Positions 25,188-37,535 of a stretch of DNA of 64,000 nucleotides are shown here, piece after piece (within the stretch, counting starts at the first letter, position 1; each line of letters opens with the position of its first letter). The stretch covers positions 48,980,001-49,044,000 of the forward strand of contig OX597833.1 of assembly GCA_951406725.2 (NCBI GenBank), read 5' to 3'. This stretch comes from Octopus vulgaris (taxonomy: Eukaryota). Both the position numbers and the translations under genes were made by a program. The notes beneath the pieces were generated by a model that saw only the letters and a list, made by a program, of their open reading frames with translations, had not been told where the DNA came from and searched no databases.

Positions 25188-25862
25188 AAAATAGTTTTTA
25201 TCTAAATCCAGGCTCCAAAATGTCCCAATATTTGTGCCCCCTCTCCTCAGGATCACCAACTGACTCTCCATCATGTAACTCAAATCCACTACTACATATA
25301 CACCTCCTTCTCTTCATAGTTATGGTGGTGCACTTTGCAATACTAAGCTCCATCCCAATGTCTTTACATAAGAGCACTAGTGAACAGTTCTGACCAGTGA
25401 ATCAATCTGATTCATTCTTGCCAAAGAGTTTGCATGTTATTTACCATAGAACAGGTTATTGTCAACTGACAGGCTATTTAATTCATTTTTGGCAGAAAAT
25501 TAGATTGTTGTGGTCATTTAAATATTTTTTTTGTTTGATTGCTAACTTGAGAACAATGAAAACCATGAAAAGACAAAAACATGAAAAGAATTATCCTTTT
25601 GTTGCAACATGTATTTTTCTTATGTGATGGAGTAAAAGCAACAACACACAATTTGTAGTAATTTTCCAATTTTTTATCTGTGTCATCCCAATGTCTACAA
25701 ATGTAGACCCTCTGAGAAATCAGGGACTCTTTAATTCAATTAAGTTGAAATTTCACTAATATTTAAGTTTGATAAAAACAGACTTGAGCTCTAATTTCGT
25801 AAATTTCAATAGATTCCTTCTGCTCTTGGAATAATAAGGGTTAATGATAGTAATGATAATAT

Positions 25863-25927
<65 letters not shown>

Positions 25928-25979
25928 CCATTCACAACAATCTAGATGAGAGAAATAATGCACTATACTTAACCTAAGA

Positions 25980-26200
25980 GAAGAAATGCAACTGTAGGAT
26001 ACCCGCTAATTGTCTATTTGGGGCCACTGTCTATGTTACAATATTGTATACAAGTGTATAGTTGCTACCACACACTGTAATTCCACTAGAATATACAAAG
26101 GATTCTTGATCATCTTTAAGTGCTGGTATCACATACATATTAGCTCTAACTAGAATACTAAGTGAAAATCTGCTTCACTGGCTACATACATCCATCCTCT
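25980..26200 (+). pseudogene. Penelope-like linker and GIY-YIG remnant
   Basis: KKCNCRIPANCLFG/HCLCYNIVYKCIV...IYKG...FKCWYHIH..S...SLATYI matches CNCR....CPL.G.CL...IVY...V / Y.G....FK.R...H of PLE proteins. Confidence 0.75.
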
Positions 26201-26275
26201 CAAAGCCAAATTTAAATCCTGTGATATCTCTTGGTCTATCATTAACACTGAAATACAAGCAGACTGATTGCTTTT

Positions 26276-26398
26276 ATACCTGATGAGTCTTTATTTACCA
26301 ATGTTGCTGAAATAATACTGATGTGATGTAAATATGTAAAATATATGATATTTTGGCAAGTATCCGTTGGTAAAGTAGAAATGAAATGATTGTAGTGT
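26276..26398 (+). ncRNA. Hammerhead ribozyme motif, long stem II
   Basis: atac-CTGATGA-gtctttatttaccaatg...cgttggtaaagtagaaat-GAAAT-gatt-GTA-gtgt, just downstream of the GIY-YIG remnant. Confidence 0.6.
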
Positions 26399-26530
26399 TA
26401 TGCAATGAAATGTGTTTGCTAAATCCAAACTCTCTTTTATATATACTCTATGGATATTCATGAATTTCTGGATGCATCTTCAGCAACATGATCAGTTTTT
26501 GTTGTAAAACTGTATAGAGTAGCCAGTGCC

Positions 26531-26664
26531 CATAGATAGGTTTTGCAATGCAAACAAGGTTCATACCCAAATTGAATGTATGTATGTATGAATGTTTGTA
26601 TGTATATACATACATACATTCAATTTGGGTATGAACCTTTTTTGCATTACAAAGCCTATCTATG
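26531..26664. repeat. Inverted repeat, ~57-bp arms
   Basis: catagatagg...ggttcatacccaaattgaatgtatg versus catacattcaatttgggtatgaacc...cctatctatg. Confidence 0.9.
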
Positions 26665-26727
26665 TATGAATGTATGTATGTATAAACATATACAAAAATA
26701 CATACATATATATATATATATATATAG

Positions 26728-26918
26728 TTAATCTAAACATGAACAAAGAGAAAATACAACAATGCGAGGACGTAGAACAAGTATAGGAAAGGAAAGAAAG
26801 AAGGAGGATTTAACATTTCGAGCGGAGCTCTTCGTCAGAAATATAGAAAAAAGGAAAAGTCTAAGGAAGGGAAAACGGAGAAAGAAAATCGCCAACGATA
26901 CACACACAGTCACATATT
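26728..26918 (-). mobile_element. PLE pLTR-like fragment with minimal hammerhead (26808-26841)
   Basis: Minus strand ttt-CTGACGA-agagc-tcc-gctc-GAAATGTT-aaa; second copy at 60700-60904; flanked by (TA)n. Confidence 0.65.
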
Positions 26919-27415
26919 GAAATATATATATATATATGTATATACACACACACACACACACATATGTATATACATATACACACACATAAACACACATACA
27001 CACATGAACAATATTGAACATACATATGCAAGGTATGTGTTTTGTTAGTCCATGGGTAGGCTGCGCTATAAGCATAAGAGAATATATTCTCTTTATGTGC
27101 CTGGTGTTATAACATCTGGAAGTCATAGTCAAGTGAGACAACTCACACCAGATCCCATACAGGAGTGATAGACATCAACATTTCTTAATTTTCGTGGCTT
27201 GTCAATACTGCATACCCTAAAAAAGGCCCGATACAAGCTAAATCACTGTCTATGACTATATGCAAAATAGTGTAAGAATCATCTGCTGGTAATTTCCAAT
27301 GTTCCATACCATGAAAAAATTCAAATATGAGTTAAAAGCAGCTTGAGGCATAAAAACAATATCAAACACACATACATAAGTTTTGCTAGTTCATGGGTAG
27401 GGTGTTGTTATAGGC

Positions 27416-27950
27416 ATCATCATCATCATCATCATCATTGTTTAATGTCTGCTTTCCATGCTAGCATGGGTTGGACGGTTCAACTGGGGTCTTGGAAGCC
27501 AGAAGGCTGCACCAGGCCCAGTCTGATCTGGCAATGTTTCTACGGCTGGATACCCTTCCTAATGCCAACGACTCCGTGAGTGTAGTGGATGCTCTTTACA
27601 TACCAGACGAGGCCGGCAAACAGCCATGATTGGGTGGCGCTTTTTACGTGTCACCAGCACGGAGGCCAGTCGGGGCAGCGCTGGCAATGGCCACGTTTGG
27701 ATGGTTCTCTTACGTGCCACCGGCACTGGTATCACAGCTACAATTTCCACTGATGTTGATCGATTTTGATTTTGATTTTGATTTTGATTTTCACTTGCCT
27801 CAACAGGTCTTCACAAGTAGAGTTTTGTGTCCCAAGAAGGAAAGGTATGCATAAGTGGACTGGCTACATCCCAGGTAGAGGCCACGGGTTATGGTCTCAC
27901 TTGTCCTGTCGGGTCTTCTCATGCACAGCATACTTCCAAAGGTCTCGGTC
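27416..27950 (-). mobile_element. RTE 3' end (D) including the ORF terminus
   Basis: Minus strand begins DRDLWKYAVHEKTRQDK* and runs into the D UTR and (gat)n tail. Confidence 0.85.
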
Positions 27951-28174
27951 TGAATATATTGTCTTCATGCACCAAATATTAAAACATCTGGAAGTGATGT
28001 GAGTTATCTCGTTTGTCTATGACATCCAGATGAAGAGAATATATTTTCTTATGCCTATAAGAACAGCCTACCCATGAACTAGCAAAACACATACTATATG
28101 TATGTGTATGTAGTTTTGTTTATATCCCTTGTGCTGTTTTTAACTCATATTTGAATACATATATATATATATAT

Positions 28175-28486
28175 GTGGAGGCGCAATGGCCTAGTGGTTA
28201 GGGCAGCGGACTCGCGGTCGCAGGATCGCGGTTTCGATTCCCAGACCGGGTGTTGTGAGTGTTTATTGAGCGAAAACACCTAAAAGCTCCACAAGGCTCC
28301 AGCAGGGGGTGGTGGTGATCCCTGCTGTACTCTTTCACCACTCTTTCTCCCATTCTTTCTTCTGTTGGCCTGCTCGCTTAGCCAGCGGGGTGGCGTCATT
28401 CGAAGGCTAAAAAACAATGCGAACGCATTGTGACCAGCGATGTGTAACAACATCTGATGGTCTGGTTGGTCACGTGATCACGTGAT
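28175..28486 (+). mobile_element. SINE family C with tail type 2
   Basis: C head; tail tgtgaccagcgatgtg...ctggttggtcacgtgatcacgtga; lies in (TA)n. Confidence 0.9.
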
Positions 28487-28501
28487 ATACATATATATAT
28501 A

Positions 28502-28816
28502 TCATCGTCATCATCACTGTCGTTTAACGTTCGCTTTCCATGCTAGCATGGGTTGGACGGTTTGACTGTGGGCTGGCGAACCAGATGGCTGCACCAAGCT
28601 CCAGTCTTGATCTGGCAGAGTTTCTACAGCTGGATGCCCTTCCTAATGCCAACCACTCCAAGGGTGTAGTGGGTGCTTTTACGTGCCACCGGTACGGGGG
28701 CCAGTCAGGTGCTACTGGCAACCAATTTATGCCGCCGGCACGGAAACCAGTTAGCCGCTCTGGCAATGATCACACTCAAATGGTGCTCTTAGCACCCTAC
28801 TAGCACAGGGCACAAG
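28502..28816 (-). mobile_element. RTE 3' end (D)
   Basis: D terminus and core. Confidence 0.85.
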
Positions 28817-28832
28817 TATATATATATATATA

Positions 28833-29218
28833 TAACAAAGTAAAGTTGTAAGATGCTGCACGAGTGGAAATATATATGAAAGAAGGTTTGAAAATGCAAT
28901 TTTAAAGATGTTTATTCACTTGACCGGTTTCACTTTTTTAGAAAAAGATTGTCAAAAGTAAAATGTAAAGCTTTGTTGTGTTAAATACCGGTTGTCAGAA
29001 AAGTATTAAAATACATATATACATTCTTTGATAATAATAAGAAAATGTTAAAAACAGTTTATATATTTTACTACTTTTGTGGCAACCAGTACTTAACACA
29101 ACAAAGCTTATACAAAGCTTTACATTTTACTTTTGACAATCTTTTTCTAAAAATGTAAAACCGGTCAAGTGAATAAAGATCTTTTAGAATTGCATTTTCA
29201 AACCTTCTTTCATATATA
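28833..29218. mobile_element. Palindromic PLE pLTR-like element in (TA)n
   Basis: ~140-bp inverted arms; the left arm recurs at 60905-61143 directly abutting a PLE RT; contains GAAACCGGTC on the minus strand. Confidence 0.75.
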
Positions 29219-29227
29219 TATATATAA

Positions 29228-29436
29228 CTGGCTCGGCTGGCTTCTGTGCTGGTGGCATGTAAAAAGCACCCACTACACTCATGGAGTGGTTGGTGTTAGG
29301 TAGGGCATCCAGCTGTAGAAACACTGCCAGATCAGACTGGAGCCTGGTGCAGCCTCCTGGCTTCCCAGACCCCAGTCGAACCGTCCAATCTGTGCTAGCA
29401 TGGAAAACGGACGTTAAACGATGATGATGATGATGA
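29228..29436 (+). mobile_element. RTE 3' end (D)
   Basis: Ends gctagcatggaaaacggacgttaaacgatgatgatg. Confidence 0.85.
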
Positions 29437-29676
29437 TATATATATATATATATATATATAATGTGTTGGTGTATCCTCGGGCAACATGGTTAGAGTATGG
29501 TAAGATAACATAGTAATGCCATTAGTAGGAGGGGTTAGAAAAGACAATAATTGAAGAGAAAAGAAAAGAGAAAAGGAGACAATAAAAGGCAGTAAAGTAC
29601 AAGAAGATATAAGAAGGTTTAATTTTCTATATATTAGGCTTTCAGATATGAAAGTTGATAAAAAGACAGATATATA

Positions 29677-29841
29677 GGCGCAGGAGTGGCTGTGTGGTAA
29701 GTAGCTTGCTAACCAACCACATGGTTCCAGGTTCAGTCCCACTGCGTGGCACCTTGGGCAAGTGTCTTCTACTATAGCCTCGGGCCGACCAAAGCCTTGT
29801 GAGTGGATTTGGTAGACGGAAACTGAAAGAAGCCCGTCGTA

Positions 29842-29919
<78 letters not shown>

Positions 29920-30134
29920 TTTGTGTGTCTGTGTTTGTCCCCCCAACATCGCTTGACAACCGATGGTGGTGTGTTTATGTCCCTGTAACTTAGCGGTTCA
30001 GCAAAAGAGACCGATAGAATAAGTACTAGGCTTACAAAGAATAAGTCCTGGGGTCGATTTGCTCGACTAAAGGTGGTGCTCCAGCATGGCTGCAGTCAAA
30101 TGACTGAAACAAGTAAAAGAGTAAGAGTAAAGAG
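29677..30134 (+). mobile_element. SINE family A, full length
   Basis: Complete head, internal (TA)n(TG)n and tail. Confidence 0.92.
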
Positions 30135-30524
30135 TATATAGATAGAGAGATTGACAGATCAAATGGCAGATTGACAGTTAGATAGAAAGATAGATTGCTT
30201 ACATATGACATGTAACCTAAACCGGGCCTTGGTGCTGGGTGTTGTAATTTATTTTGTTGTGAGTGCTTTTGAATCAAAGATTCTTCATCTGACTTTCTTA
30301 TTTCCTTAATTCTTTAAATGCAGGCAAGTGTCAATTAATTCTAATGGAAACAATAAATGTTTCTATCTATCTATCAATCTCTCTATCCATCCATCAGTTG
30401 TGCATTGTATTCTGGAGCAAAACACATTATTTCACATTGTTCTAGTCCATTCAGCTGTCATTGGGTAAGCATAGGATGGACTGACATTCCTTGGAAGGGG
30501 AATGTTGGACTGTCTGTATATACT

Positions 30525-30562
<38 letters not shown>

Positions 30563-30653
30563 CATACATATGTATTTAAATATATATGTAGATACATATA
30601 CAAACATACAACTTATATCTTTACATGTGCATATCTATACATGTATGTTTGTT

Positions 30654-30697
<44 letters not shown>

Positions 30698-30729
30698 CAT
30701 ATATATATGTATATACATATGTGTGTATG

Positions 30730-31135
30730 TTGTACAATACAAATAAGATAGAACAGCAGAAATACTGGGTAAATTGACGTTACAAAGAGGAAAAAATTTG
30801 TCAACAAACAACTGTGGGATTTGAACCCACATCTATCGAGACTTCGGCTGAGTGCTTTACCATTAAGCTAAACTGCCCACTGACAAATTTAACCACAAGT
30901 TTAGATGCTAAATATCTAAATGGACAACTGTGTGTACATAAATATAAACAAACTAATATTTTTTATATAAGCATCAAGATGTGTATTGTATAATACAAAT
31001 AAGATATTTTTTTGAAAGCAAAATTGCCATTAGAAGAGCAGAAATACTTGATAAATTAGCCTTACAAAGTGGAAAAATTTGTCAATAAACAGTCATGGGA
31101 CTCAAACCCACATCCCTCGGGATGCTGGCTGATAT
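30730..31135 (-). repeat. Diverged tandem units with tRNA-like head
   Basis: Minus strand tagcttaatggt (A box) ... gggttcaaatccc (B box) at 30812-30880; second unit starts near 30986. Confidence 0.65.
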
Positions 31136-31166
31136 CTTTTTGACATTTATAAAAAAACACAAATGT

Positions 31167-31202
<36 letters not shown>

Positions 31203-31251
31203 TGTATGTACATATATGTGTACATATATACATTTATACCTATGCATATAC

Positions 31252-31284
<33 letters not shown>

Positions 31285-31359
31285 CCTCAACATCATCATT
31301 TAATGTTTGTTTTTCATATATGTGGTAAGAAGCAAGCTTCTTACCACATATATGACATC

Positions 31360-32880
31360 AGACAAGATGAAATATAGTAAAGGCAGTTGAAATGCAGTAC
31401 AGAAGGCCCAATGCACTACACTTCAGCCCATTAGTACACTCATTGTAAGCATACAAAAGGTCACTGAAATTGTACATCAAATGATAATGCCTTTCTCAAG
31501 CTTGTGTCACTCTGATGTTGTAGAAGCAGCAGAGATTCTCAGACTGAATCTGTTATAGAAGTCCAAAACGAGGTCTCTGTACCTTCCTGAGATGTGGTGC
31601 CTGGTCAAAATCTCTCCAACCAACTTATGGGGTATAGACCCATAGGCATTTGCAAAATCCAGCCCCAAAACTGCCAAGTCTACTTTGCTATTTTGGTCTT
31701 CCTAACCATATATGTGCCCCAGATACTCTGATACCTTTGGGATACTCCTTTTCTCAACTCAGGTATTAACAAAGGAATTCCTCAGGAGATCATCCGTCCG
31801 GCACCTAGCAACAATGCTAAAAAGTATCTTCCAACACTGAGTAGTGGGATTATTCTAAACTAATTGATTGTCTTTGCTGCTTCATCCTTTGAAATCTATA
31901 CCCCTTTTGCATACCTCCATTGATAACCTATCTTGCATCTCCTCCAGAGTCTGAGGAGCAACCTAGGGTAGTTCTTGTACATAAATATCTCCTGCTATCC
32001 TTGGACTAATCTCTCCTGCTATCCTTGGGCTAATCTCTCCTGCTATCCTTGGGCTAAATCTGCCTCTGTCTTCTTGAGTGCTTCTTGAATCTCTTTTCAG
32101 ATGGGGCCCTTGCCATCAAATTCAAGGATTGGTACAAGTAGACTGATCAAGGACCCTCATTGTCCTAGGTCTTGGTCCATGGAATCATCACTGAAGGTGA
32201 TTCTGAGGTGAATGTTGATCTTATTTTTGGAACAGGTGAACTGACAACTGCCCCGGATTTGCTAGAAAGGCAACTCACATCCACTGTCTTCCATGCCAGT
32301 CAGCCCTTCTCAGTGTCATAGGCTTCTTGTAGAGAATATTCTATGAGTGCATTAAAAGTTCCTTTCCCTCCTTCCATGCCTTCTTGAATAGCAGCCTCAA
32401 ACGCTAAAGCTCCAGTCTGAGTTGATGGATTTTACTGGTTCTGTCAGTTATACTGTTCAAAGATTTCCATGTTATCTTCTCTCCCAATCCAAACCTCTCA
32501 GCCACGATACAGATAATAATGATGGTCATTGTCCAGAAACAACCATTGGCATCATCCTTAGCTGTTACCATTCCCCATCCTTGTTAGCTTGAAACCATTT
32601 TATCCAGCCATGTTCTGTTACTTTGTATAGATCTTGGGCTAGAAACACTTGGTGGTTCTGGAACTGTGAGTAGACTCTAGGCCAGACCCTTCATGTGTCA
32701 TCTCTCCAGGGCACTTGCACCATTTCTGTGCATTTCATCTTAGCCTAGTAGATGTTCATGCTATACAGGCTCTTGCAAACCTTCTTACAGACAAATTTTA
32801 AATCCATTGTTGATTTTCTACTACCATCATTTGATACCAGTTTGTCTGTCTGACTGGGATTCTCTTCTCCCCAACTCTTG
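31360..32880 (-). pseudogene. HERO-clade (RLE-type) non-LTR retrotransposon remnant
   Basis: N-terminal VCKKVCKSLYSMNIY*AKMKC zinc finger, IKWFQANKDGEW, FRIIPLLSV, DLAVLGLDFANAYGSIPHKLV. Confidence 0.8.
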
Positions 32881-32896
32881 AATATATATATATTTT

Positions 32897-33127
32897 GTTA
32901 TTGGATTTGGTTTGCAAGATTCTTTATATGAGTTCGTGTGTTGAAGCATGTTCTGTTGTGTCTGGGGAGAGTCATTTTCTTTTTGAAATAGTTTAGACTA
33001 TTGAAAAGGTTGCAAGACACAGCGAAAATTTTAGGAGAATAAAAATATGAGATAAGTGGAAATTTTACCAGTGAGTGTGTTACATTGTAAGGCACAAAAA
33101 GAAAATGACTCTCCCCAGACACAACAG
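32897..33127. mobile_element. PLE-like fragment with 31-bp inverted repeat in (TA)n
   Basis: ctgttgtgtctggggagagtcattttctttt (32953-32983) is perfectly inverted at 33097-33127; homologous to 55600-55690. Confidence 0.6.
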
Positions 33128-33148
33128 TATATATATATATATATATAC

Positions 33149-34001
<853 letters not shown>

Positions 34002-34459
34002 TTATGTGAGTATACACACACACATTTATTGTTGATCAGTTGTCCATAAGTCAGTAGAAAGCATGCTCGTAAAAGGGAATTTGAGCAGTTAAACGTTTAT
34101 AATTTTATCTATCTATCTATCTATCTATCATCCTCATTAGACATCTACCAGGCCAAATCCTGGGTGGTTATATAATCGGTTGTTGAAGCAGATTTTCTAC
34201 AGCTGGATACCCTTCCTGTCACCGACTCTCACCTGTTTCCAAGCAAGGTGATTATTTATCTCATGGTCAGACACGTTTTTCCATAGAAGACCGAAAATTG
34301 ACGACATAACTTGTATGATGGTGATGCTTAGTTACAATCATTAAATAATGTCAAGACTAGGGCACATACAAATACAGAGACACAAACACACACCCATCTG
34401 GCTTTCAGTTTCTGTCTACTAAATTCACTCACAAGGCTTTGGTGAGTCATGACCATGGG

Positions 34460-34548
<89 letters not shown>

Positions 34549-34611
34549 TAACAAATATACTGGTAACTTTCCAGTAAGGCACATTCACTTTCACAGTATT
34601 CGTTGGGTATT

Positions 34612-34771
34612 TGATTAACGAGAGAGAGATGGAAGATACAAGAATGCTTATTAATCACGACAATTGTTTCAGCCCATCTAGGGATCGATGCTAGTTGGGT
34701 AGAAACAATTGTGGTGATTAATAAACATTCTTGTATCTTCCATCTTCTGTCTCTCTCTCTCTCATTAATCA
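34612..34771. repeat. Palindrome containing a hammerhead 3' half
   Basis: Arms of ~70 bp; GAAACAATTGTC/G followed by aataa on both strands; lies in (TA)n. Confidence 0.8.
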
Positions 34772-34839
34772 TATATATATGTATACATATATATATGAAG
34801 GCACATGGTTTTAAGGTGTTGCACTATATATATATATAT

Positions 34840-35129
34840 AACAACAAATTGAGGAACGGCTATAATAGGCCGTTCGACCCACTAGAAATAGCAGCCAGGG
34901 CTCCAACCGCAAATAGTAGTAATTCCGGAATGAGAGGAAAAATTAAAAAAACATTTACCCTGTTCTTCTTTAGACAATGCATTGTTTCTTCTAGTGGGTC
35001 GAACGGCCTATTATAGCCGTTCCTGAATTTGTTGTTGAATTTATTAATAGTCTCTGACTATTTCCTCTTTCTCACTAGACCGCTGGTGGCAAAATAATTT
35101 CTATTGAATTTTTTGCTACCCTAATATTG

Positions 35130-35132
<3 letters not shown>
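34840..35132. mobile_element. pLTR-like insert with 47-bp inverted repeat
   Basis: Arms 34840-34886 and 34989-35036; the 3' end ctagacc.ctggt...ttgctacccta is shared with 43600-43690. Confidence 0.65.
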
Positions 35133-35169
<37 letters not shown>

Positions 35170-35365
35170 TAAGTAGTTGAATGAATTATCCTAGTATGGA
35201 TAATTCGGTTAACCAATACCCGGGTAGCAAATTTATGTCAGAAAGCACAGTTGAAGCTACATGCCAAGGGCAGAAATCACGTGCTTTCGTGTGGAAATTT
35301 GTGTGTTTTTTTACTATAGATAAATGAAAGAATGGAGTCGAACGACGATTTAACAAAATTCCTTT

Positions 35366-35452
35366 ATTCTTGACACATGTTTCGAAGACTGCATATTCTT
35401 AATTCCGAAGGAATAAAGGGTGCATTATGTCGTCTTCTCATCAGGAAAGACA
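35366..35452 (-). ncRNA. Hammerhead ribozyme motif
   Basis: tctttc-CTGATGA-GAAGAC...GTCTTC-GAAAC-atgt-GTC-aaga: 6-bp stem II base, palindromic ACATGT, GUC triplet. Confidence 0.75.
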
Positions 35453-35668
35453 AGGAACTTATGTCAACATCATGACGAACAAAAACTTTTATATATAACT
35501 CTATGAAAGTTAGAGGCTGTGAATCCAACCCACTCAGGGATAATATTTATCCAATATACTGCTGGTAGAATACCCAATTATTAATACACAAGTGTTTTTT
35601 ATTGCATTGCAATTACATTACCTAGTGTACTAAATGGGTGAAGGTAAAGAGATATTTTACCATTAATT

Positions 35669-36058
35669 TATATAGCAATAAGAAAATGGAGGAGAACAAT
35701 AGGTTGTTCTTCAACTTTTATAAATTATACTAAGTTAACTTATTTATTTACTAAACTGATAATTACAATAATGTACATACATACATATAACATAACATAT
35801 TATGATTTCAATATATAATATATAATATAGTAATATATAAGGATATCAGTAATTATTATAAAAAACATGAATATAAATTAGGAATCCTTATATATTACTA
35901 TATCTTATATCTTATATGTAAAGAATAATATGTTATATGTATGTATGTATATTATTGTAATTATCAGTTTAGTAAATAAATAAATAAGTTAACATAAGAC
36001 AACGTCTAAAAGTTGATGAACAACCTATTGATCCCCTCCATTTTCTTATTGCTATATA
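35669..36058. repeat. Inverted repeat, ~130-bp arms
   Basis: tatatagcaataagaaaatggagg...actaaactgataattacaataat versus its reverse complement at 35930-36058. Confidence 0.85.
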
Positions 36059-36130
36059 GATTTTATGCTGCCCTGGTAACTATTTATTTATTTTTTCCGT
36101 GTTAATTGTTAACAAGGTAAAAATACACTC

Positions 36131-36234
<104 letters not shown>

Positions 36235-36250
36235 GTTTGTGCATGTGTGT

Positions 36251-36590
36251 GTGAAGGCACATGGTTTAGTGGTTAAGGTGTTGCACTCACAATTGTGAGA
36301 TCGTGTGTTTGATTCCCAGACTGGGCATTGCGTTTTGTTCTTGAGCAAAGCACTTCAGTTCGTGAGTTTGATTCCCAGACTGGGCATTGTGTTGTGTTCT
36401 TGAGCAAAGCACTTCATTTCACATTGCTCTGCGATCATTTTGACATCTGACATGTGACACCCATTGCACCTGTACAGGTAATGTCGATCTGATGGAAGGA
36501 GTGAGCTTATGTCTACACAAACAATTGATCGCTATAAACAAATCATCTGTGTGGTTTTTTTAGTAAGAAATTGTCGAACCCTCATATGTC
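36251..36590 (+). mobile_element. CORE-like tRNA SINE with 59-bp internal duplication
   Basis: tggtttagtgg A box; gtttgattcccagactgggcattg...ttcttgagcaaagcacttca occurs twice. Confidence 0.7.
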
Positions 36591-36619
36591 ATCTAATGAC
36601 ATATATATATATATATATA

Positions 36620-36958
36620 TGCTGAGACCCCATTTGGTCATGACTCACCATGGGATTGCACCCAGAAAGTTACCCTCCCAGGTACAAGTCCAGGCAAGGT
36701 TGTTTATGGAAGACCAGCAATCGCCCATGCATACTGGCCTCCCCTCTCTATGCCACCAATGTTATCCAAGGAAAAGGCAAAGGCCGATACAGCTTGGCAC
36801 CTGTGATGTCGCAACTCATTTCTACAGCTGAGTGAACTGGAGCAACGAGAAATAGAGCATCTTGCTTAAGAACATGACACACAGCTTGGTCTGGGATTCA
36901 AACTCAAAACTTCACAATCATAAGCCTGACGCTCTAACCACTGAGCCATGCACCTTCA
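36620..36958 (-). mobile_element. CORE-like tRNA SINE
   Basis: Minus strand tggctcagtggttagagcgtcagg head and a gctccagttcactcagctgtagaaatgag body. Confidence 0.7.
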
Positions 36959-36974
36959 CATATGTATGTGCTAT

Positions 36975-37535
36975 GTCACCGTCACCGTGACCGTGACCGA
37001 CCAGGCTATCAGATGTTGCTACACATTGCTGGTCACAATGCACTTCGCATTGTTTTAGCCTTCAAATGACGCCACCCTGCTGGCTAAGCGGGCAGGCCAA
37101 CAGAAGAAAGAGTGAGAGAAAGTTGTGGCGAAAGAGTACTGCAGGGATCGCCACCACCCCCTGCCGGAGCTTCGTGGAGCTATAGGTGTTTTCGCTCAAC
37201 AAACACTCACAACTCGTGAAATTAACGTGTAAGTGGCTGAGCACTCCTTAGACACGTGTACCCTTAATGTAGTTCTCGGGGATATTCAGCGTGACACAGA
37301 GAGTGACAAGGCCGGCCCTTTGAAATACAGGTACAACAGAAACAGGAAGTAAGAGTGAGAGAAAGTTGTGGTGAAAGAGTACAGCAGGGATCACCACCAT
37401 TCCCTGCCGGAGCCTCGTGGAGCTTTTTAGGTGTTTTTGCTCAATAAACACTCACAACGCCCGGTCTGGGAATCGAAACCGCGATCCTACGAATGCAAGT
37501 CCGCTACCCTAACCACTGGGCCATTGCGCCTCCAC
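36975..37535 (-). mobile_element. Two joined SINE C copies (tail 1 and tail 2)
   Basis: Headed copy 37213-37535 with a truncated tail 1, fused to a headless copy 36975-37212 with tail 2. Confidence 0.85.
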
